From positions 1 to 63,261 of the forward strand of contig CAZJZB010000004.1 in the NCBI GenBank assembly GCA_964550425.1: 63,261 bases of DNA, given 5' to 3'. Numbering within the stretch: the stretch's first letter is position 1; every line of letters begins with the position of its first letter. The position numbers and the translations under genes are program-made. The notes under the pieces are model-generated. The model was not told the origin of the DNA and made no database searches. It worked only from the letters and a program-made list of their open reading frames with translations. This DNA is from an uncultured Candidatus Saccharibacteria bacterium. Lineage in GTDB: Bacteria; Patescibacteriota; Minisyncoccia; Phycocordibacterales; Phycocordibacteraceae. Of this stretch, positions 26,520 through 33,574 are shown piece after piece.

Positions 26520-27788
26520 ATGCTTGACATACATTTTATTCGGGAGAATGCGGACATCGTGAAAGCGGGTGCGGTGAAAAAACACATTGACACGGATATT
26601 GATCGCTTGCTCGCGGTCGATGATGAACGCAAGCTCTTGCGGCAGGAACTTGATGCCAAACGTGCGGAACAGAACAGACGGAGTAATGAGATCCAGCGCG
26701 CAAGCGGCTTTGAACGCGAGAAGGTCATTGAAGCGATGCAGCAACTAAAGCGCGGCATGGCCGAGAGCGAAGAGCGTCTGAAACAGGTTATGGTCGAATG
26801 GCAGAGAATCATGCTTACAGTGCCGAACATTCCGGATATGTCGGTGCCGGACGGCGCAAGCGATGCGGACAATATTGAGGTGAAGAAGTGGGGAGAGCCG
26901 GCGGCCTTTGCGTTCGCGCCACAGAACCATGTTGAGCTTATGACCGCTCTCGACATCGCCGATTTCGAGCGCGGCGCGAAGGTTGCCGGCTTCCGCGGAT
27001 ACTTCCTCAAAGGCGACGGAGTTCTCCTCATGAACGCCGTATGGCAGTTGGCACTCAAGCATTTTTCCACAAAAGGTTTAACACTGATGAATGTGCCGTC
27101 TTTGGTGCGCCGGGAGGCATTTCTCGGTACCGGTTACCTGCCGCAGGGCGAAGAGGATCTCTATAAGACGCAAGACGGCGAATATCTCGCGGGTACCAGC
27201 GAGGTCTCTATGATGGGCTATCACATGGACGAGACGCTTGACATGAATGCATTCCCCATACAATTTCTCGCGTTCTCGCCCTGCTTCCGCCGCGAGGCCG
27301 GTGCGCACGGAAAGGATGTGCACGGCCTTATTCGCGTGCACGAGTTTTTTAAATGGGAGCAGGTCGTCCTCTGTAGGGCGGAACATGACGAGTCGGTTCG
27401 TCTGCATGAGCGGCTCAATCGCAACACCGAGGAATTTATCGAGGCACTGAATATTCCCTATCGTACGGTCGTGAATTGTGGCGGCGATCTCGGACTCGGA
27501 CAGGTGAAGAAATATGACATTGAACTCTGGGTGCCGGGAGAGAATACCTATCGGGAAATAAGTTCCGCGTCTTATTTCCATGATTTCCAAACGCGCCGGC
27601 TCAATATCCGGTATCGCGATGCGGAAGGGAATATGCGTTTCCCGCACTCTCTCAATTCCACCGCCATTCCCACGCCGCGCATTCTGGTTTCCATCGTTGA
27701 GAACTATCAGCAGGCGGACGGCACGATCAAAGTGCCGGAGGCCCTCGTGCCGTATGTCGGAAAGAGTGTCATTGGAACCGCGCGGTAG
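26520..27788 (+). CDS. serS: seryl-tRNA synthetase
   Basis: N-terminus MLDIHFIREN, a coiled-coil arm, and class II motifs (FRREAG, GLIRVHEF, GSGLAV-like GDLGLGQ). Confidence 0.9.
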   Translation: MLDIHFIRENADIVKAGAVKKHIDTDIDRLLAVDDERKLLRQELDAKRAEQNRRSNEIQRASGFEREKVIEAMQQLKRGMAESEERLKQVMVEWQRIMLTVPNIPDMSVPDGASDADNIEVKKWGEPAAFAFAPQNHVELMTALDIADFERGAKVAGFRGYFLKGDGVLLMNAVWQLALKHFSTKGLTLMNVPSLVRREAFLGTGYLPQGEEDLYKTQDGEYLAGTSEVSMMGYHMDETLDMNAFPIQFLAFSPCFRREAGAHGKDVHGLIRVHEFFKWEQVVLCRAEHDESVRLHERLNRNTEEFIEALNIPYRTVVNCGGDLGLGQVKKYDIELWVPGENTYREISSASYFHDFQTRRLNIRYRDAEGNMRFPHSLNSTAIPTPRILVSIVENYQQADGTIKVPEALVPYVGKSVIGTAR

Positions 27789-28623
27789 TGAGCGCCTGCC
27801 TGTCGGCAGGCAGGGCCTTTCCGAACGGCGCCGGTTACGGCGCCGCCGAGTCATCATAGTGCTCACTATTCTCATCTTCGTCTGTCTCGGAGCGGTCGCG
27901 CATGGTCTCGGGCAGAGTGCCGTGCGCATCTCACGCATAGATGTTTTTGGAGCCGATGCTACGCTCGCCGCGTATGCAACGAGCGCGATGCAGGGATGGT
28001 ATGGCGGCATCATTCCGCGCGACTCAACATTTTTCCTGCCTGCTGCGCGCATTCGCGCTGGCATCCTTGCTGCGCATCCGGACATAGCCGCCGTTTCAAT
28101 ATTTCGCAACGGACTAACCGGTCTTTCAATCAGAGTGGACAATCGTGTTCCCATCGCGCGTTGGTGCGGTACGCCCTCGGATGCGTCATTCGGCATTAGT
28201 ACCAGTACGCCGCTCGGCAAGGACTGCTATTTTTTTGATGCGAGCGGCGTTATCTACGCGACGACAAGTACCGCGCAGCCGCTAAATTCTTTCACTGTGT
28301 ATCAATCTTTCGCGAATGAGGATGGTCTTATCGGTTCAACGCTTCCGAATATCGGGACATTTTCCGCAGCTTTTGACTTCGCACGACAGCTCGAGACATT
28401 TGGCTCGTCGGTTTCTTCAATCGTTTTTCGCAACGATGAAGTTGATGAGTACCTTCAGAGCGGCACACGTGTTACGTACGTGCTCGGAAATGAACAGAAC
28501 GCTTCCACTGCGCTTGTGTCTGCGCGCGCGAATTTAAATCTCGCGAACGGTTCTATCGAATACATTGATCTGCGCTTTGACGGCAAGGTGTATGTGAAGA
28601 AGAGAAGTGATAAGGTGCAATAA
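27766..28623 (+). CDS. FtsQ/DivIB-like cell division protein (TM helix plus POTRA-like domain)
   Basis: Arg-rich cytoplasmic N-terminus, TM helix VIIVLTILIFVCLGAVA, then a POTRA-like segment VRISRIDVFGA. The GTG start at 27766 is tentative; alternatives are TTG at 27772 or the GTG inside the TM helix. Confidence 0.5.
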   Translation: MSLEPRGSERLPVGRQGLSERRRLRRRRVIIVLTILIFVCLGAVAHGLGQSAVRISRIDVFGADATLAAYATSAMQGWYGGIIPRDSTFFLPAARIRAGILAAHPDIAAVSIFRNGLTGLSIRVDNRVPIARWCGTPSDASFGISTSTPLGKDCYFFDASGVIYATTSTAQPLNSFTVYQSFANEDGLIGSTLPNIGTFSAAFDFARQLETFGSSVSSIVFRNDEVDEYLQSGTRVTYVLGNEQNASTALVSARANLNLANGSIEYIDLRFDGKVYVKKRSDKVQ

Positions 28624-29711
28624 TGTCATTCTGGCAGAAACTCAATAAGCCATTTATTGTGATGGCGCCAATGAAAGACGTGACCGATGTCGCTTTCCGA
28701 CAACTCGTCGCGAAGAGTGGCGCCCCCGACGTATTCTGGACCGAATTCGTTTCGGCTGACGGTCTCTACTACACGCAAGAAATCGCCGGCAAGTCAGAAA
28801 AATCAAGCGCTCAGGCCGCTAGGCCGATTCAACATGATTTTTCTGACTCACCGGCTCATAAAAGCAACAATCCGCTCGTGCGCGATCTGGCGTTCATGGA
28901 GGAACAGCGGCCAATAGTCGCGCAAATTTTTTCAAGCAAGCCGGAGATGATTGCGTATGCGACGAAACTTGTCGCAGGTCTCGGGTTTGACGGCGTTGAT
29001 ATCAACATGGGCTGTCCGGACCGAACGGTTGAGAAGCAGGGCGCTGGCGCCGCGATGATTAAAAATCCGAAGCTCGCTCAAGAGATCATTCGCACCGCCA
29101 AACAAGCGGCTCTCGAAGCGGCAATACCAAATCCGTCCTATAGGACGGATTTGGTACTGTCACGATTTCCGATTCCTGTGTCGGTAAAAACACGCATTGG
29201 CTACAACACTGAATCGCTCGACGAGTGGCTCACGGCGCTTCTGGAAGCAGGCCCCGCCGCCATCACGCTCCATCTGCGCACGCGCAAGGACATGTCGCTC
29301 GTGTCGGCGGATTGGGAACAAATGAAAAAGGCCGTTGAGATTCGCAATCGTGTGAATCCGGACGTGCTCCTCATCGGCAATGGCGACGTGCAGGACCTCG
29401 CTGATGCGCGTGCGAAGGCGATCGAATCAGGATGCGACGGCGTAATGCTTGGTCGCGCGATGTTCGGGAATCCATGGGTTTTCGCTGGCCGAAAAAGCGA
29501 AGACACGCCGCTCGCTGAGAAGCTCGCGGCGCTTATTGAGCTCGCGCATTCCTTTGAGAAAATCTCGCCGCCCAAGAACTTCTCAATACTGAAAAAGCAC
29601 ATCAAGGCATTCGTCACCGGCTTCAATGGTGCCGCCGAACTCCGCGCGCTCCTGATGCAGGCCGAGAATGCATTCGAGCTAGAGCGCATTCTGCGCGAGA
29701 ATCCAGTATAA
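28623..29711 (+). CDS. tRNA-dihydrouridine synthase
   Basis: Motifs MAPMKDVTDVAFRQL, GVDINMGCP and the Dus TIM-barrel pattern. It carries the in-frame hairpin insertion at 28793-28847. Confidence 0.8.
   Translation: MSFWQKLNKPFIVMAPMKDVTDVAFRQLVAKSGAPDVFWTEFVSADGLYYTQEIAGKSEKSSAQAARPIQHDFSDSPAHKSNNPLVRDLAFMEEQRPIVAQIFSSKPEMIAYATKLVAGLGFDGVDINMGCPDRTVEKQGAGAAMIKNPKLAQEIIRTAKQAALEAAIPNPSYRTDLVLSRFPIPVSVKTRIGYNTESLDEWLTALLEAGPAAITLHLRTRKDMSLVSADWEQMKKAVEIRNRVNPDVLLIGNGDVQDLADARAKAIESGCDGVMLGRAMFGNPWVFAGRKSEDTPLAEKLAALIELAHSFEKISPPKNFSILKKHIKAFVTGFNGAAELRALLMQAENAFELERILRENPV
28793..28847 (+). repeat. in-frame hairpin element, copy 2 (13-bp stem, same 29-nt loop)
   Basis: Stem gtcagaaaaatca (28793-28805) / tgatttttctgac (28835-28847). 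The loop at 28806-28834 is identical to 9980-10008. Confidence 0.8.
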
Positions 29712-29718
29712 TCCGCCT

Positions 29719-30855
29719 ATGGCGCATCAGTCCCTTTATCGTATTCACCGGCCTGCCACCTTCGCGGATGTCATCGGGCAGGAGCAGGTGACGAAGCCAC
29801 TTGAAGAAGCGGCAAAAGCGAAGAAGATCGGTCACGCCTATCTCTTTGCTGGCAGCCGCGGTCTCGGGAAGACCTCGGTCGCGCGCATCTTCGCAAGCGC
29901 CATCGGCTGCACCGAGAATGATCTCTACGAGGTCGATGCCGCGAGCAACAACAGCGTGGAAGACATACGCACACTCACAGAGGGTGTTTACACATTGCCG
30001 TTTCAGTCGCCCTACAAGGTCTATATTTTGGACGAGGTGCACATGCTCTCCAAGGGCGCGTGGAATGCATTTCTGAAGACGCTTGAAGAACCGCCTGCGT
30101 ATGCGGTCTTCATCCTAGCGACCACCGAGCTTGAGAAGGTGCCGGAGACGGTACAGTCGCGGTGCCAAGTATTTGAATTCAAGAAGCCGACGCGGGCGGT
30201 GCTAGCTTCGATGACCATGGCGGTAGCTTCGAAAGAAGGGTACACGCTCGCGCATGATTCCGCCGAGCTCATCGCGATACTCGCTGAGGGTTCGTACCGC
30301 GATGCGCTCTCGGTGTTGCAAAAGGTGTTCGCCGCGACAAAAGGGAAGACGTTGTCACGCGAGACAGTGGAAGCGGCGACCGGCGCGCCGCGCCGTGAGC
30401 AGGTGCATGCGCTCGTGAGCGCGCTCGCCGCGGCTCCGCCAGCTGGCGGACGCAGCAAGGCACTTGCCGCCATTGAACAGGCGGCAAAATCCGGTGCGGA
30501 CATGAAGCTCTTCTTGGAACTTGTACTAGAAGCGCTGCGCGCCACACTCCTCATTCGCTACGCACCAGAACTTCGCACCTCGCTCGCGGACGAGCTCGGC
30601 GCGGACGAATTTTCGGCGCTTGAGAAATTTGCCACTTCGACTTCCTTCGATAAAACTCAGGACAAGTCGCTCAGTGCAGGAAAAGGGAACCCCTCGACGG
30701 ATTCGATACACTCACCGCAGGCAGGGCTCGGGGCAGGAGGCATCACCCACGCGACCATGCTCGCTTTCCTTACTGCTGCCGAACGCATCCGCTACGCGCC
30801 CATTCCCGCGCTCCCTCTGGAGCTCGCCGTCTTGGAACTCTTCCCGAACGAATGA
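29719..30855 (+). CDS. dnaX: DNA polymerase III subunit gamma/tau (short form)
   Basis: Motifs YRIHRPATFADVIGQE, HAYLFAGSRGLGKTS, YILDEVHMLS and SRCQVFEF. Confidence 0.85.
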   Translation: MAHQSLYRIHRPATFADVIGQEQVTKPLEEAAKAKKIGHAYLFAGSRGLGKTSVARIFASAIGCTENDLYEVDAASNNSVEDIRTLTEGVYTLPFQSPYKVYILDEVHMLSKGAWNAFLKTLEEPPAYAVFILATTELEKVPETVQSRCQVFEFKKPTRAVLASMTMAVASKEGYTLAHDSAELIAILAEGSYRDALSVLQKVFAATKGKTLSRETVEAATGAPRREQVHALVSALAAAPPAGGRSKALAAIEQAAKSGADMKLFLELVLEALRATLLIRYAPELRTSLADELGADEFSALEKFATSTSFDKTQDKSLSAGKGNPSTDSIHSPQAGLGAGGITHATMLAFLTAAERIRYAPIPALPLELAVLELFPNE

Positions 30856-30868
30856 TAGAGTGTTCTTA

Positions 30869-30990
30869 TTGCCCGATCGTCTAATGGTAAGCCCTATGGG
30901 CTTTCTGCCGGCGCTCGCCTCGCATGAGCAAGTGAAGACACTTACTCATGAACTCGACTCGCTTGGCAGTAGGACAGCGGCCTTTGAAGC
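30869..30990 (+). pseudogene. disrupted duplicate of the tRNA-Gln 5' half (positions 1-39) split by a 79-nt insertion in the D-loop
   Basis: 30869-30889 is identical to 31023-31043, and 30969-30990 is identical to 31041-31062. The triplet gta is present at both junctions. No T-arm or 3' acceptor follows. Confidence 0.7.
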
Positions 30991-31023
30991 GCGGCTAGTA
31001 TGAGTTAGTGTGTTTCAGTACCT

Positions 31024-31094
31024 TGCCCGATCGTCTAATGGTAGGACAGCGGCCTTTGAAGCCGTTAATTGGGGTCCGAATCCCTGTCGGGCAG
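31024..31094 (+). tRNA. tRNA-Gln (anticodon TTG)
   Basis: Acceptor TGCCCGA/TCGGGCA, D-stem GTCT/GGAC, anticodon stem GCGGC/GCCGT, loop CTTTGAA, T-loop TCCGAAT. Confidence 0.8.
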
Positions 31095-31120
31095 CTCGCA
31101 AGTTTGTGTATACTCTTCAT

Positions 31121-31591
31121 ATGGAAAGTTCGACAGTATTAATCCCGTATTCCGATGAGTGGAAATTCCTATATGAAAAAGAATCAACTTTGATAAAAGA
31201 AATCCTCGGATCGTACCTGATCGACATTCAGCACATCGGAAGCACATCAGTACCTGATTTAATTTCTAAACCAATTATCGATATCGCCGCTCAAATAGAA
31301 AAACATACGGACGCCGACAAGTTCATTGAGCCACTACAAACGGTAGGATATACCTACAAACCAGATCTATCTTCGGCGGAAAGACACTTTTTCCAAAAAG
31401 GGAGTCCAGTTCAATTTCACTTATCTATCTCATATCTTGATCGGGGCGGTTATTGGAGGAGACAAATTGCTTTCCGTGATTATCTTGTTGGTCATCCAGA
31501 AGCGCGGAGAGAGTACGAACAAATTAAGCTGAATTCGGTCGATAAGTCTGAATTTATTCAGAAAATCTTAGCTTTGGCCGAATCGAAATAG
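31121..31591 (+). CDS. GrpB-family (UPF0157) nucleotidyltransferase-fold protein
   Basis: Pattern IQHIGSTSVPDLISKPIIDI ... RHFFQKG ... FRDYLVGHPEARREYEQIK is typical of GrpB. The ATG at 31121 lies after the tRNA. Confidence 0.7.
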   Translation: MESSTVLIPYSDEWKFLYEKESTLIKEILGSYLIDIQHIGSTSVPDLISKPIIDIAAQIEKHTDADKFIEPLQTVGYTYKPDLSSAERHFFQKGSPVQFHLSISYLDRGGYWRRQIAFRDYLVGHPEARREYEQIKLNSVDKSEFIQKILALAESK

Positions 31592-31632
31592 GTTCCCACG
31601 TCGTATCAGACGGCCAGCCGGTTTGGTATAAT

Positions 31633-31827
31633 GTGAGTATGAAAATCTTTAGAACGTGGACATTCCAGTGGTGGGAGGTGAGTATAATCAAGCTCTGCCT
31701 CATCTCACTAGGCATTTTATTGGGTCTTTATTTCTACGACTATCTTGTTGACCTTATGTGGTTATGGTGGAGCGTCTTTATTGTTACTTCAATCTATCTC
31801 ATCACACGTTTCGTGAAGGAAGGATAA
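31633..31827 (+). CDS. small 2-TM membrane protein (holin-like by size, topology and position)
   Basis: 64 aa with two hydrophobic helices and a charged C-terminus (RFVKEG). It ends 15 nt upstream of the SH3b-M23 peptidase gene. Confidence 0.45.
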   Translation: MSMKIFRTWTFQWWEVSIIKLCLISLGILLGLYFYDYLVDLMWLWWSVFIVTSIYLITRFVKEG

Positions 31828-31842
31828 TTTCGAAATAAACTT

Positions 31843-32484
31843 ATGAAGTTTAAAGCGACAGACATTATAAATCTTCGGTCTGGCCCGAGCATTGCAAGCC
31901 CTAAAATAGGGAGTATTCCAGCAGGAACTGTTGTAGAAAGCGACGAGTACGTATGGAAGGCCGTAACTCTTCCCAATGACACGAAGGGATTCTGTGCCGC
32001 AAGTTATCTCGAACCTCTGAAGAGTAAGTGGTTTGCTCCAATACGTGCCGATAAATTCAAGGTCTTTCAAAAGTTTTTGCAGCCAGATGCGGATACTTAT
32101 CCTAAAACAGGACACCACCCCGGCGTGGATTACAGCACCAAGCAAGAAAATGGCGTCCCCCTCTATTTTTGTGCCGATGGTGAAGTGATTGAAAGTGGTT
32201 CCCACGCTCAATTTGGAAATTATTTCTTTTTCTACGTTCCTGAGGTAGACAGAACGTTTGTCTACTTCCATTTGCGCGATGCAGCTCCGATAAAAGGTCA
32301 GTACAAGGGTGGAGCTCAGTGCGGCATCACAGGTACTACTGGCAAATCCACCGGTATACATTTGCACTTGGAGTGCATGAAAGGAAGAAAAACATCCGCA
32401 AACCGCTCATCCCTTTATATTTCTAAAGAAGCACTGATGGCTGCCGCAGAAGATGCGGATGCGTTTATACGATCTCGCTTGTAA
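31843..32484 (+). CDS. SH3b-domain M23 (LytM-type) peptidoglycan endopeptidase without signal peptide
   Basis: SH3b-like N-terminus (INLRSGPSIASPKIGSIPAGTVVE). M23 motifs HPGVDY (HxxxD) and GIHLHLE (HxH). No N-terminal signal sequence. Confidence 0.75.
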   Translation: MKFKATDIINLRSGPSIASPKIGSIPAGTVVESDEYVWKAVTLPNDTKGFCAASYLEPLKSKWFAPIRADKFKVFQKFLQPDADTYPKTGHHPGVDYSTKQENGVPLYFCADGEVIESGSHAQFGNYFFFYVPEVDRTFVYFHLRDAAPIKGQYKGGAQCGITGTTGKSTGIHLHLECMKGRKTSANRSSLYISKEALMAAAEDADAFIRSRL

Positions 32485-32561
32485 TTATTGTTTCTACTAT
32501 CGTTCAAGACAATCAGCACTACTTGACTCGGAGGGTTGAACTTGTTTGGTATAATTGACCA

Positions 32562-33194
32562 ATGTCGATAGAAAGCCCACAACAGAAGAAAAACCTTGAA
32601 TCACTAAAAACAACCTATGAACCCCTGCTCTGGCAAAGAGCAGAAGAGCTATCGGAGCTGAGAACTCAATTGAAAGAGCACCAACAAGACGTATATGAGC
32701 AGACATCTGAAATGAAATCCCGCTCACTGAATCTGTACGAACGTGACGTGCTGAATGAAAAGGAAGCTGAATTTTGGCGCATAGAGGGAAAGTTGCAAGA
32801 AATTATAAAATCTGAAGATCAGGTGCAACGGGCGTTGCAACAGCTCGAAGAAGGAACAATCAACGAGTCGGCATTAAAATCTATCACACCCCCAATCCCA
32901 GAGAAGACAGAGCAATTGTCAAAAAGAAAGGCGCGTATCCTGGAAGAACAACAAAGGATTGGTTTGGATCAACGGGAAATTGCTTATGATATGTATGCGG
33001 AATTTGGATATCAACCAACAACTCATTTAACAACGGGCCGCCATCAGAAACGCATCAAAGGGAATCTAAATTCACTAACCGCTGGAAACGAGTTTTTCCA
33101 TCGCACCGCTGATACTCATGGTGGAAAAGTTAACTACGGAAAGAAAAGCGGTTACTTTACGAACGCCAGTGGGAAACGAATACGAAAGAGATAA
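32562..33194 (+). CDS. hypothetical coiled-coil protein with basic C-terminus
   Basis: 210-aa ORF that is Glu/Gln/Lys-rich with a heptad-like composition. I recognise no family. Confidence 0.45.
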   Translation: MSIESPQQKKNLESLKTTYEPLLWQRAEELSELRTQLKEHQQDVYEQTSEMKSRSLNLYERDVLNEKEAEFWRIEGKLQEIIKSEDQVQRALQQLEEGTINESALKSITPPIPEKTEQLSKRKARILEEQQRIGLDQREIAYDMYAEFGYQPTTHLTTGRHQKRIKGNLNSLTAGNEFFHRTADTHGGKVNYGKKSGYFTNASGKRIRKR

Positions 33195-33348
33195 TTTCAA
33201 GTCCTCTGACGAAGAGATTTCTAAAATGAAAAAGCGCACTATTTTCTTCTGATCGCCTATATACGCAGTTAGAAATAGAGGTTGGGAGATATAGCTATCA
33301 ACACCTGTGGCAAGTGTGCAGGGTATAATCCTGTACAATGAAAAGCAT

Positions 33349-33573
33349 ATGGACCAACCGAAACCGCCTTATCTTTTCGTGCTTGTCGGCATCGTTGCCG
33401 GCCTTATCATCGGCATCCCATTAGGGTATGTGGCAGGAACGAAAGTGACACCGGTTCCCCTTGTTGAATCAAACATTGCCGACGAAAATCCTCTAAGCGG
33501 CGTATCGGCCAATCCTCTCGATGACGTGAAGATCAACCCATACGAGGGCGTGAAGTATAACCCTTTCGAATAA
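33349..33573 (+). CDS. small single-TM protein
   Basis: MDQPKPPYLFVLVGIVAGLIIGIPLGYVAG followed by an acidic tail with NP repeats. The stop is 1 nt before the next start. Confidence 0.45.
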   Translation: MDQPKPPYLFVLVGIVAGLIIGIPLGYVAGTKVTPVPLVESNIADENPLSGVSANPLDDVKINPYEGVKYNPFE

Positions 33574-33574
33574 C

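Noticed and set aside
26330-28220. Minus-strand ORFs of 246 aa and 380 aa opposite serS and the ftsQ-like gene.
   Set aside because: Their composition is Arg/Ser-rich and low in complexity with no motifs. The plus strand encodes unmistakable SerS.
30620-31120. ORFs 30620-31003 and the first 37 codons of 31010-31591, which span the tRNA-Gln region.
   Set aside because: They are translations of the dnaX 3' end in another frame, the tRNA fragment and the intact tRNA-Gln. GrpB similarity starts only at the ATG at 31121.
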